A stretch of DNA of 57,684 nt, filler included, from Dugesia japonica (lineage: Eukaryota), in assembly GCA_001938525.1 (NCBI GenBank). It is 6 parts of 6 records of this genome, joined end to end, with 100 filler letters (N's around TTAATTAATTAA, not from the genome) between each part and the next. Parts side by side here need not be neighbours in the genome. Positions count along the whole stretch, not along the records: positions 1 to 9,304 come from MQRL01553663.1; positions 9,405 to 18,029 come from MQRL01167217.1; 4 more parts are not named here. One strand, given 5' to 3'. The translations under genes were made by a program, and so were the position numbers. Under the pieces are notes generated by a model. That model worked only from the letters and a program-made list of their open reading frames with translations, did no database searches and was not told the origin of the DNA. Positions 1 to 12,711 of the stretch are shown piece after piece; the stretch's first letter is position 1, and every line of letters begins with the position of its first letter.

Positions 1-633
1 TATTATTATTGCTATGATTCTGAGTCAAACTATCTATTAAATTATCATTTTGATGTGATTGACAAATACATGAACTCTTTAGTAGGTAGATAAATGATTA
101 TTTGCTAATTGCGTGCTGCTAATGCATGCATATTTTAAACAAAATTATGAGGAATTTTCGTTTTACGACAAATATATTGTTGTGTTTAAAATCAAAAATT
201 ATCTAAAATGAGAATTTTCTAACACATAAATCTTAGCGTCTGACATATATGACCGACAATAGACCATAAATAAATAATTTTTCAAGTACTGCGTCAACAT
301 TAACAAATTTCTACAATCCATTCATAACGTTTGGCCTGAAAAGATATTTCGTCAAAAATGAGGTGGGTAAATTAATTGGTAATATATTACTGTTTATTTT
401 GCTTATTGACATTTATTTTCCNGATTTTGTAATTATCATGAGGTGCTATATTTTAAATGATAAACATATTTATGCAAAATTTACATGAAATTTTTTTATT
501 ATTTTTGATAATTATTTTTACAGAAATATTAGTTATTTCTTTTATTTTTTTATAATTAATTAATAGTGTATTGCATTGCATTGCCAATATAATTGTAATA
601 ATATTATAATAATATAATTAATAAATAATTATA

Positions 634-2222
634 CAGGGTGTTCGGCAAGGAATGCACATGACTTTATATGTAGCTTTCTTAAGTCATTATAATCAAAAAA
701 TGTCTTATAAACATGGGTCCGATTATCAACCATTTACAAGATATTGTGGATAAAATAATTAATTTTTATTAATAATTATATTTATTTAATATTTATTAAA
801 CTTTGTATTTATTTAATATTTATTAAACGTATTTATTTAATATTTATTAATATTCAAACTATTAAGAGACAAGTGCTTGTTTTAATATTCCAAATAAAAA
901 ATTATTCTTGTCGCACCATTTTAAAATTAAGTAAATTTTAATTAATAATTAAAATATTTTAATATTTGAATATTTTTATAATCATTTTAATATTATAGAT
1001 TTGATATGATGCCATTTCAATTTTCCAATCAGGAGTATGTTGATATGATATTTTTGTATGGATACTGCAACCGAAATTCTGCCGCAGTTAGAAAGGAGTA
1101 TGGCAAAAGATTTCCTAACCGCAGGTTACCTTATTGTGGAACATTTCGACGTGTCTTACCGTCCCTTAAAGAAAAAGGAAGTTTCCCGAAGGCATGCAGC
1201 AAAAGAATTTTACAAAGAAGAAACAGAACTGAAGTCATATTAAAAGAAGTAAATATAAATGCTCAATCAAGCGTACGAAGAATCTTAGTTGTAACTGGAC
1301 TTAAGTAAACAACCGTTTGGCAGACGTTACATGAGGAAAGTTTTTATCCATATCATTTTACATACGTCCAACAGCTTCACCAAGGTGATTTTGAAAAAAG
1401 AGTAAGATTTAGCAAATGGTTAAATCAGCACTCACAATTGATCCAAACTATTCTATTCTGTGATGAGGCTACATTAACAAGGGACGGAATCAACAATTCT
1501 CATGATGAACATGTATGGGCAACAGAAAATCCACATGCAATTAGAGAAAGTCATTTTCAAAATAGGTTCTCAGTAAACGTATGGATAGGACTGATCGGGT
1601 CTCACATCTTTTGTGGTCATCTGAACAGCAATATTTACTAACAATTTCTGCAATTAGAGCTTCCATTATTACTCGAAAATGTTCCACTTATTATAAGAAG
1701 GAAAATGTGGTTCATGCAAGATGGATGTTCATTCTACCGAGCTAAGGTGGTGACAAATCTTTTTGGATGTGCACTTTCAAAGACGTTGTATCGGAATAAA
1801 TGAACCTGTGGAATAGCCGCCAAGGTTACCAGATCTTAACATTAGATTTCTTCACAAGAAGCCACATAAAATCTACATATGAAATTGGAAAACAAGAAAA
1901 TAAAGAGAAAACAATTGAGAGGATTTTTGCAGCGTTTGAAACATTGAAATCAAAAATTGAAAACAACAATTAGCAGAAGGAGCTGTTGAATCGTGTGGAA
2001 CTTTATGAAAAAGTTGAAAGTCACATTGAACAATTTTAAATTCTTTTATGTTGTAAATACCATGTTTATATTTACAAATACAATGTTTGCCTTTGTCTTC
2101 CTTTGATCCACAATATCTTGTAAATGGTTGATAATCGAACCCATGTTTATAAGACATTTTTGCTTATAATCACTCCAAGAAGCTAACTACAAAGTCCTGT
2201 GCATTCCTCCCCGAACACCCTG
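634..2222 (+). mobile_element. Tc1/mariner-superfamily DNA transposon (DUF4817-type HTH plus DDD transposase), degenerate but full length
   Basis: ~115-bp terminal inverted repeats (CAGGGTGTTCGG...GATATTGTGGAT at 634; ATCCACAATATC...CCGAACACCCTG ending 2222), flanked by TA on both sides. Transposase pieces: YVDMIFLYGYCNRNS...RFPNRRLP, FCDEA, FMQDG, PPRLPDL..DFF. Confidence 0.92.
1006..2030 (+). pseudogene. Transposase of the 634-2222 element, with stops and frameshifts
   Basis: ORFs 1006-1308 and 1438-1641 plus downstream QDG and PPR.PDL motifs, interrupted by stop codons. Confidence 0.85.
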
Positions 2223-3044
2223 TATAATTGTAAAATAAATAATTTAATAATTGTAAAATAAATCAATTTAAATAATTTTTGTAATATTAATGCGCGTATA
2301 TTTAACATACATGATATCTTTATTTTATTTATCGTTTTCATAGTCCAAAAACCTAACAATGAAACCAAAAAGAAAAAATTAATTATTTAATTAATGAATG
2401 TAAATTAAAAAATTTATTGGACTTCAAATTCATAATAATTTTGAATTATTAAATAATATTTTAATATGTTAAGTGAAAAATTATCTGTTGAAGAACACAT
2501 TAAAACTATTATCTATTTAATTAACTTAATTATTAATTTAAAGATAAAATTTATCATAATAGTTTATTTAGGATTTGTAAATATGAATTCATAATAAGCA
2601 TTAATGCAATTTTTACATCAATTGTAAAAGGTCTAGACGACTTTCTCTTATGAATAGATTTTGTAGACATTCTTATCAGGTACTCAAAGAAATAATTCAT
2701 ATTAATGAAAAACGATTTAAAGACATTTCGTAATGAAAGCATGTTAAATTTATTTGTTAGTAATGTCAATATATGGCTTGTATATATATATATATCACCT
2801 AAAATTGCATATAGAAATTGTATACATTTAAGATATTCAATTTCATCCCATTAACCAAATATGAGTTTTGTTCTAATATTTTCTGTTTAATAAATAATCT
2901 GTTTGTTTATCTGATTCAATTCTTAAATGGAGTTAATTAAATAAGTTAAATAAGTAATCATTTTTCTAATTTTGTAATGTAAATTAAAATAGTATAGACG
3001 GCGCAGTTAGATGATATTATATCAATAATAAAATTAATTAATTT

Positions 3045-3700
3045 TCTAAGTTGGAGTATAGAAGAATGGAAAACGATAATGTGGTCAGATGAATCACCAT
3101 ATGTGTTACGGTTTCAGCACTCAAAACGCGTTTGGAGACTTCAAAATGAGCGTTATTCCAAATCATGCAAGACAAAAACCATCAAACAAAATAAAAGAAT
3201 AATGGCCTGGGGATGCTTTGCCTCACATAGTGTTGGAAGCCTTTGTAGGTTTAAAAAACAATGGACAAAGAACAATATCGTCAAATATTAATTAGAAAAA
3301 TGGTATCTTCAGCAAAGAAATTGTTCTCAGACGGTAATTACATTTTCCAGCATTACAACAATCCGAAATACAAAGCAAAAATTATTCAAAAATATTTGGA
3401 GATGAAACATTATTAAAACTCAAAGTCCAAATTTAAATCCCATTGAAAACGTATGGATTTTTCTCGATAAACAAGTGGCAGACAGAAATTCAAAATGAAA
3501 AGGAATTATTACAAATTTTAGAAGTTGTCTGAAAAACATTGCAGCAATTTATCTCACTAACTTAGTTGAAAGCATGCCACGCAGATGCCAAGCTGTTAGT
3601 AACAATGACGGAATGCCAACCAAATATCAAAATTTATTTTTAATAAATTTTTTTAAAGTTTTATTTTAAAAGTGATCAGATTTTTTTGCGTATTGTATAT
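3045..3700 (+). mobile_element. Tc1-like (DDE) transposase fragment, 3' half
   Basis: WSDES, IMAWGCF, IFQHYNNPKY, SPNLNPIENVW and SMPRRCQAV...GMPTKY motifs across frameshifts. Confidence 0.85.
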
Positions 3701-6700
3701 ATTGTATATATATAAAACTATTAATTTATAAAAACAATTTAATGATTAAAAATCATAATTAATCGCTCATTTTGATTAACTTTTAAGANNNNNNNNNNNN
3801 NNNNNNNNNNNNNNNNNNNNNNNNNNNNNNNNNNNNNNNNNNNNNNNNNNNNNNNNNNNNNNNNNNNNNNNNNNNNNNNNNNNNNNNNNNNNNNNNNNNN
3901 NNNNNNNNNNNNNNNNNNNNNNNNNNNNNNNNNNNNNNNNNNNNNNNNNNNNNNNNNNNNNNNNNNNNNNNNNNNNNNNNNNNNNNNNNNNNNNNTTAAC
4001 TTTTTTTGACAAATAACCATTTATAATTATTTAATATATAAACAAAAGTTTTTATAATAAAATTCCTACAAATGTAGAAAACAAAGTTTCATTGTGAATT
4101 CTAATATTAATAAATTTTTATCTAAAAAACGGTTTTGTTACATTAAGAATTATTATTAAGAATATTATTTAAAAAAAATACTAAATGCAAACGTTTTCCA
4201 GTTCACTATTTACAATGGTTATTAAAACCCAAATTAGAATTATTAATTTCATTTTTGTAAAATATTTTGCATTTCAAAATAAAGAAAATAGAATTTTTCA
4301 TTGGTTTTTAATTTTTTTGTTAAGAGCTTTTATTTAAGATGTAAATGATTCATAATAATTCAATTAATAATTAATTAATAATTCTAATTTGTGTTTTAAT
4401 AACACTATTCTGTAGGGTTGACTAACAAAAATATTTACAACTATAAAACATTCAGTCAAACCAGAAAGAAAAAGTCATTCCTTTTCAACAGATTATAACT
4501 GTAATTCCAATCAAATAGAAAATATAATGAATTTTAATTTAAAACCTCTTAAATTTCATTTGAATAATAAATAATTAAAGGAATATTCATTAAAATTAAC
4601 AGAGGATAATATAAGAATATTTTTTACATTATGTTAAGAATAAAACTTTAAACTCAAAATGAATTTCTTTCTAAACAAAAAAATTTGTTACGAAAAGTTT
4701 TGTTAATGATATTTTGTACTATACAGCTTATAAAATACGCATGACACACTTACATACATACATGTATACATACATTTCAAATTATTTAAATAATAATACA
4801 TACAAGACAACTGCAGTAAGCAATCTGTAAAAGACAATTTTTTATTTATGATATCATTTTATTTATTTATTTTGTCATATGATCTATAATTTGTCGGCAC
4901 ACTTATTTTTTGATAACTGAGTTTTAATATAAAAAATAATATAATATATGTTATTAAAATATATCGAACTATGTTAATATTTAATTAACTAAATATATTT
5001 TGAATTTACATTAATAAAATATGTTAAGGAATAATGGAATCACTGTCGAAATTTTGAAGAAAAGATAAGGGTTCCAAATGTTAAATTAACTTAATGATTC
5101 AAGGTTAAGTTAATAATCAAAATACTAACATAAAGTTCTTCACCATAATACTTAATACCAGGAGCTGTAATATAACTATCATAGCGAAAATAAATAAACA
5201 ATCCGTAAAGGTCTTATCACAATAACACTAATAATCAGGAGCTGTTGTTTAATTATTACAGTGAGAATAAAGAAACAATAGTTCGTATAATCGTGACAAT
5301 TCATAAGAAGAATCCACAGCAACTATATTTTATTTAAATACTCACTTACTAGTTGCTGCGATACTATTTGAATATTAAAACACACATGACGTATTAAAGG
5401 TAATTTTAATAAGATTTTAACATTTATCTATTTAAGATTTCTTATTTAAATAAACTAAATAGATAAAATTAAAATGATATTATTCTAAAAAACAAATAAT
5501 TTTCAATACAATTAGTAACGTAAGTTTCATTTTGAATTTTCGTTGATTTTCTTTATTTTTCTTTGAATTTATCAGTTTTATTTTTATTTTAAGTCTTATA
5601 TAATACAAGTTTAAGCATATTCTAGTAAAATTCATGAACATGAAAATAAAAAATAAATTGTGAACTGCACATAAATTTCCATTAAATATATACNNNNNNN
5701 NNNNNNNNNNNNNNNNNNNNNNNNNNNNNNNNNNTTTTTTTTTGATTTAATCTGTCTATGAATGGTTAAGTCATAAATAATAGTTATTTATTGAAATTTT
5801 TATTTTATTTTTATATTTTAATTTTCAACTAAAAGTTGAAAATTTTATTTCTTTAAATATTAGGATTAAGGAGGATTAAAATTTAAGTGTAGAGAAGTGG
5901 GATTTTATAATCCATTTAAATAGAGATTTATAAAATGTCATTTTTACAATAAAATCTAGATTACTTTAATATAAAATATCTAAATTTATTCTTTTCTTTA
6001 AATATTATATTTTTATTAAAATATTCCAATTTGATTAATACGAGTTTAAGCAATGGATAGTTCATTTTTAGTTTAATGATATAAAAATAGTATTTCTTGT
6101 TTGAATGAAAATATTGAAACAAAATGATTTGATAAATTTATGACAACTATAATAAATTGACGAAATAATTGATAGGATGAAATAAAAAACAAAAATATAA
6201 TATTGCTGATCTTTTTTCATACGTTCTCAAATATGAAGCAATGAAAATTATTTGTTAATTTCATATTATTTGAATATTATTAAAAAATTTCTTTTCTATA
6301 TTTGATCACTTTCAAACCCACATAATTTGATTGTTATCAATAATAATAAACTAAAAATGTTAACTACAATAATTGAAAACAAATAAAATTAAAAGTATCA
6401 GTGAAGAAATTAACACGAAAAGAAAATAAATTTATAAAAATGAAATAATAATAATAATCGAAGTGATAATTTATTAATCAAAAACCAAAAACAAGAATTG
6501 AAATTTCACTACGTTTATTAACGCTTTGAAATGTATTTTAATTAGTATTTTCAAAAATTGATGTATTCAAAAAATACCTTTCGATATCTTTCTACACATT
6601 TTTGCTTGACTATAGTAAGATATAATTTGATGAAATCTATACCATCTTTTACTTATTTGTAGTGCAATATAATGAATGGCTGTGTAATAATTAATCTCAC

Positions 6701-6794
6701 TATTTTTTAAGGTTTATTTAATTATTAATACAAAATATTTAAATTATGTACGTTTATTTTCCGTTTTTATATTTAATCACTCAATTTATATTAT

Positions 6795-6808
6795 CAATAT
6801 TATTATTA

Positions 6809-6862
<54 letters not shown>

Positions 6863-6958
6863 NNNNNNNNNNNNNNNNNNNNNNNNNNNNNNNNNNNNNN
6901 NNNNNNNNNNNNNNNNNNNNNNNNNNNNNNNNNNNNNNNNNNNNNNNNNNNNNNNNNN

Positions 6959-6996
<38 letters not shown>

Positions 6997-7035
6997 ATTA
7001 TAATTATTATTATTATTATTATTATTATTATTGTG
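6795..7035. repeat. (TTA)n microsatellite with assembly gap
   Basis: Direct inspection; it explains the poly-L/I/N ORFs. Confidence 0.95.
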
Positions 7036-7534
7036 AGTATGTATGAAAAGCAATTTAAAATTATTATGCTTTGGTTTGAAATCATTTACTTAAAATCTTT
7101 TTTTCTAAAAATAGAAAATCTGAAATTAAATAAGAAATTAAAATAAATTAAATTAAATTCTTTGTACAAAAATTATGAATAGTTTAAGGATTAATTTAAT
7201 TATTTTTTATACACAATTTATTGTAGGTTTTTAGAAATGAAAAGTTTATTTACAATTTCGGAAATATTTTTAATGAAATTTTAATAACAAATGATTATTT
7301 TATTGGAACTTTCATGATTAGTTTAAATGAAAATTTAAGAAAAAAAGTAAAAAGTTTATCTATAATTTTAATTTATTGAAAAATGATTTCCAATTAAAGC
7401 ATATAGTTTTAATTTGTTTGAATAAACTAATAGTTATGGTTAAAGTTTTATTTTGCGAATAAATCTTTTATGGAAACACGTTTTGACATTAATTATCTGA
7501 TGAGCACTTCAAACTGATCTAACAAAATAATAAA

Positions 7535-7568
7535 AAAAATAATAATAATAATAATTATTAATAATAAT

Positions 7569-7605
<37 letters not shown>

Positions 7606-7796
7606 TATTAANNNNNNNNNNNNNNNNNNNNNNNNNNNNNNNNNNNNNNNNNNNNNNNNNNNNNNNNNNNNNNNNNNNNNNNNNNNNNNNNNNNNNNNNN
7701 NNNNNNNNNNNNNNNNNNNNNNNNNNNNNNNNNNNNNNNNNNNNNNNNNNNNNNNNNNNNNNNNNNNNNNNNNNNNNNNNNNNNNNNNNNNNNNNN

Positions 7797-7853
<57 letters not shown>

Positions 7854-7855
7854 GT
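7535..7855. repeat. (TAA)n/(TTA)n microsatellite with assembly gap
   Basis: Direct inspection. Confidence 0.95.
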
Positions 7856-9238
7856 TAATATTATTATTTTATTTATCTTGAATTGCTCGTTAATTATTTT
7901 GGATAATATATTAATATAATAATTTATTCTTTTTTTGCGCTGAGCAAATTTCCCTTTAAATAATTTATTTTTAACATTAACTAGTGTATTTCTTGTGCTG
8001 CAGACAATTATAAAATGAATTTTTCGCACATACAATTTAAAGTTGATGAGTTATTGCAATTTTAAAAATTTATTTCTTCCTCTTTCCATTTCTTTGTATT
8101 GTTTCCTTTTATGCGTGCTTCCTTTACCTTTCGCTGTTTTTTATTAACTTATTTTAACTTATCTTCCTTTAGTACTATATTCTTTGAATAATTGATTTTA
8201 TTTTACTTTTGTTTCAATTTTGACCTAATTTTTAGACTATTATTGTTTTCTAATTTGTTTTTCTGAGCTACATAAATTAATCTTTCTTTTTCTATAATTT
8301 ATATTTTCTTTGTATGTTTCATATTACAGGTTTTGTTTTCTTTGCGGTCTTCTAATTCTTAGCCATCTGTACACATTATCATAATAATAATTAAGCCATT
8401 TAACATTCTACCTGGCCATCTGTGTGTTTTCGAACTACTCAATTTAATTATTAAATGTTTATTATTAATTGTAAATTATTAATATGATATTTATAAAATA
8501 TTCATTTCTTTAAAAATATTTTGTTGTAAATATTTTCACAATAATAAAATTAAAATATTTAATAAATAAATATTGAGAACTTTGTTTAAATTAATTAAAA
8601 TAAAGAAATAAAATAAAATGTATTTTTATTTTGATGATAAATTTTAATGAAATCTCAAATGGGATTAAGTCCAACAATTAGTCTCGCAATAATTGTAATT
8701 ATAAATTAATTAAATTAAATTAATAATAAAAATTTAAAAGTTTTGCTAATATAATTATAGATATTAAAATATTTATATATTATAAAATATTAAATCGTAT
8801 TTTGTGGTACCTTCCACAAAAAAAATTAGAAAAATAAAAAAGTATTCAAAATAATTACCCAATTCACTCACTCTGGGACACTGATATTATTTACTGACAA
8901 TTATCAGTAACTAAATATTTTTCAAAAAAATTTAAAATTAAATTTTGTAAATAATATTAATTATTAATATTATTAATTAATATTAATAATAAAAAATAAT
9001 AATTATAACAATAATATTAAGTGATGATACTTATAATGAAAATAAATCAATAATAGTGTTAGTAATAATAATAATATTTAATAAATTTGCCCAATTCACT
9101 CACTAACTCTATAACGTTGATATTTCCTACTGACTAATAACTAAAAATTTTTAATAAAAATGTTAAAAACAAATTTAACAAAATTTTAATAAAATGAAAT
9201 AATAATAATAAAAAATATTAATAAATGATGTTGATGAC

Positions 9239-9239
<1 letters not shown>

Positions 9240-9304
<65 letters not shown>
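9240..9304. repeat. (TAA)n microsatellite at a contig end
   Basis: Direct inspection. Confidence 0.95.
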
Positions 9305-9404
9305 NNNNNNNNNNNNNNNNNNNNNNNNNNNNNNNNNNNNNNNNNNNNTTAATTAATTAANNNNNNNNNNNNNNNNNNNNNNNNNNNNNNNNNNNNNNNN
9401 NNNN
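9305..9404. other. Artificial assembly spacer N44-TTAATTAATTAA-N44 (also at 18030-18129, 27528-27627, 36516-36615, 49202-49301)
   Basis: The same 100-nt block with stops in all six frames occurs five times. Confidence 0.95.
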
Positions 9405-9627
9405 ACAAAAAAATTCCCCGAATCAATCTGTCTATTTAATTTACCTCACAATGATAAAATGAATATTAATAATGTTGAAGTTACACTAAAAATAAAAAAA
9501 GATCCAAATTTTAAAGCAATTATTTACTGGTGTATTCTTGAAGAAAAACATGTTGAAATGAAACTAGCTAACAGTAAAATTGTTATGGTAAAAAATGTAA
9601 AAGAAATTAATATTAAATGTTAAAGAA

Positions 9628-10911
9628 ATGTCTTCTAAAAATTTTTATGTGAAACTTGTGGAAAAATAATCTTAAAGAAAAATAAATCAAGACATTTAGA
9701 TTTGTGTAATAATAAAGTAAAACAAACTGGTAGCAATCTTCAAAATTCAAAAATAACATCTGCATTATTAAAACCTTTTACATGGGAAAAATATGAAGGT
9801 GAAAGACATTTATTTGGTCATAATTATACTGGTCCAGGAACTAGATTAGATATTAGATTGGATTCCGAAGGAAACCCAAATCCTGGTGAAGAACCAATTA
9901 ATAAAGTTGATGAAGCAGCTTTAAAACATGATTTAGCTTATAATTCAGAAGATATTAGAGATCGACATATTGCAGATGTAAATTCAATACATGATCTTAA
10001 TAATATTGACAATCCAACATTAACAGAAAAATTTCAAAGAGCTCTTGTAAAATTAGCTATGAAAGGTAAAATCATGATTGGTGTAACAAAATCAAAAATA
10101 ATGGTTGAAGATTCTGATGATGAAATTAATCCAAATGAAATTAAAAGTAAAGAACTTCATAAAGATTTTAGAAAGCCAAAACATTTTAGAAAAGTAATTG
10201 TACATGAAAAAGATGACATTTGCTCAGCAGATTTAATATTTCAAGGAATTGAACGAAAAGGTAAAAATGTAATATTAACAGTTATAGATCTTTAAGATTT
10301 GCATTCATAGAACTTTCTAAAAGTAAAACTAGTTTAGCAACAACAAAAGCATTTGAAAAAATTTTAACTAAAATTTTAGATCTCCAAATAAATTGTGGGT
10401 TGATAAAGGTAAAGAATTTTACAATAAACATTTTAAATCTTTCTATGAAAATAATAACATTGACATGTATTCAACTGAAAATCAAGGTAAAGCAGTTATT
10501 ATTGAAAGATTTAACAGAACATTTAAAAACAAGCTCTTTAAACATTTTACTGCCGTTGGGAATCAAAATATTAATTTAGAGTTATTAGAAAAAATTGTAA
10601 ATGATTATAATAACAGTGTACATTCAACAATTAATGTTACACCACAAAATGCTTCAGATAATCCTGAAAGTATTAAACCTAATATAGTAAGTAACCCACA
10701 ACAGAAATTAAAATTTAATATTGGAGATCGTGTACGAATTACCAAAAAAGGAAAAACATTTCCTAAAGGTTATACTTTTAAATGGTCAAAAAGAATTTAT
10801 ATTATCACTAAAATTTTTCGTAATCCATTTACATTTGAAATCTCAAATCTTAACGGCAACAAAATATTGGGAAGATTTTATTCTAATGAGTTACAGAAAT
10901 CAGTTTTATAA
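9628..10911 (+). pseudogene. C2HC zinc finger + parvovirus-VP1-like PLA2 domain + Polinton rve integrase
   Basis: CETCGKIILKKNKSRHLDLC; HNYTGPGT and NKVDEAALKHDLAY (PLA2 Ca loop and HDxxY); ELHK...DDICSADL...LTVID; WVDKGKEF; IIERFNRTFK; YNNSVHSTI; GRFYSNELQK. Disrupted near 9640 and 10295. Confidence 0.88.
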
Positions 10912-11131
10912 AGGGTGTTAAGATTAAAATAAAAAAACTCAAAATGGATGTTATTAAAGAATTAAAGAAAGTTAATAAAGAAATAAAAGAATTAAAAAAA
11001 AATATTTGCATGTGACGAAGATAATGAATATGAATTTTATCAAAATGAATTATTACAATTAAAAGATTTACAGAATGAATTATTACCTATAAAAAAATAT
11101 TTTTAAAATAATATCCCATTAAAACATTAAA

Positions 11132-11901
11132 ATGAAATATTTTATAATTAAAAAATGGCATTTATCTGGAATAAAAACAACAAAGTTTAATAATAAAGTA
11201 TTACCTAATAATTTTAGACTTTTAATGATTGGATCTTCAGGTTGTGGTAAAAATGTTTTATTAATGAAAATGTTATTAACTCCAGAATTTTTAGATTACA
11301 ATGTTTTAATTTTTTATTCAACAACAATTAATCAATTTGAAATTCAACTTTTATATTTAGGTTCTGAAAATGGTTTAACTAAAGAAGAAATTATTTTAAT
11401 GTTTGAAAAACAAAATATAATTCCAAAAACATGTACAACTCCTTATGAAGTTGTAAAATATTATTTAGATAAAAAATTAGTTATTAAAAAACCAAGATCT
11501 ATTATTGTAACATTAAGTAATAAACCTAATGAAATTATTTCTTGTGATAAACTTTCTAAGGAAAAGAAAAACTTAATAATATTTGATGATGTAGTTTATG
11601 AAAAGAATCAACAAGTTCAAAAAGTTATTTCACAAGAGGTCGACATTCAAATTGTAATGTAATTTATATTTCCCAAACATATTATCAATTAGATAAAAAC
11701 TCTATCAGAAATAATTCAAATTGTTATATATTTTTTAAGTTAAATAAAACTGATAGAGATAATGTTTATCATGAATTATTTTCAAATGTTTTTAATAATA
11801 AGTTAGATTATGATTATGAGGTAAATCTTCACTGGAAAACCAAATATAATTATTTTTACATAAATAAAGAAACTGATGAAATTTTAGATGATTTATTTTA
11901 A
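11132..11901 (+). pseudogene. A32/FtsK-like genome-packaging ATPase (one frameshift near 11625)
   Basis: Walker A GSSGCGK, Walker B LIIFDD, then in the shifted frame FTRGRHSNCNVIYISQTYY and SIRNNSN, ending TAA at 11899-11901. Confidence 0.9.
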
Positions 11902-12101
11902 TATTCTATTTCAATTTTAGTTTCTTTATTAATTTCTATTTTAGTTTCTTCTTCATAACTTCCATCATCTTCATCTTCAGAACTTTCTATTATAGTTTCT
12001 ATTTTAATTTCAATTAAATTTGTTTTAAAATGAAAATAAAACTTTTCAACTGAATATAAATCTTTAATGAGATTATTTAAATTTTCTAAAATACTATCCA
12101 T
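11898..12101 (-). CDS. Small acidic hypothetical protein of the Polinton
   Basis: 67-aa ORF with TAAAATG start context; its stop overlaps the ATPase stop (TTAA). Confidence 0.5.
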   Translation of the reverse strand: MDSILENLNNLIKDLYSVEKFYFHFKTNLIEIKIETIIESSEDEDDGSYEEETKIEINKETKIEIEY

Positions 12102-12117
12102 TTTATAATCTTATTAT

Positions 12118-12705
12118 TTAAGTAATTCCTAATTTATTTTTCATTTCACTATTAACTTTATTTTGATTTTCTAATAACACTTTTAAATTTTCTTCTTTAG
12201 CTTTTTTATTTCCAGAAATTAATTCGTGAACTTCATTAACCATATTTTTACTAACTAATAATTCATCATCAGTTAAAATTTCATCATTAACAGCTTTCTG
12301 TTGAAATAGAAATAATTTATTTTTAACAGCTTCAAGTTTCTTAATTAATTTTTCATATTTTTCTTTTCTAGATTTTACTAATGAAGAATTTAATGTACCA
12401 ATTACAGGCAACACAGAAATTGCCCCAGTCAAAATTGGTATACCAATTGTGGCAAGGGGTATTCCTATTGGTGCAATTAAAATTACTCCACCAATTCCAA
12501 TTCCTGCACTAACAAATATTTGTGCATATTTTATTGATGAATCTATTCTTGTCCATCTTCTTTCTATTTTCTTATAATGTTTTATTTTATCTTTAATATA
12601 ATAAAAATCATTTTCGAAATCTTTAATTCTTGATAATGCAAGTTTATTTTTTAAATCTATTATTGTGTAATCATTTAAATCAGGATATAACTTTTAACTC
12701 TCCAT
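12118..12705 (-). pseudogene. Polinton membrane-active protein (GasderminX-like) with N-terminal LYPDL
   Basis: MES*KLYPDL...HYKKIERRW...two Gly/Ile-rich hydrophobic helices...KKYEK...KAVNDEILTDDE. ATG 12705 is in frame with the listed ORF; premature TAA at codon 4. Confidence 0.65.
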
Positions 12706-12711
12706 TTTTTA

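Noticed and set aside
5155-5290. ~78-bp direct repeat starting CAGGAGCTGT
   Set aside because: Only two diverged copies, no open frame and no repeat-spacer structure; not CRISPR-like.
6746-8035. Poly-Leu/Ile/Asn ORFs
   Set aside because: These are translations of TAA microsatellites and N gaps.
8040-8430. Lys-rich minus-strand stretch with a possible short GT-AG intron
   Set aside because: Stops occur in all frames and no domain is recognisable.
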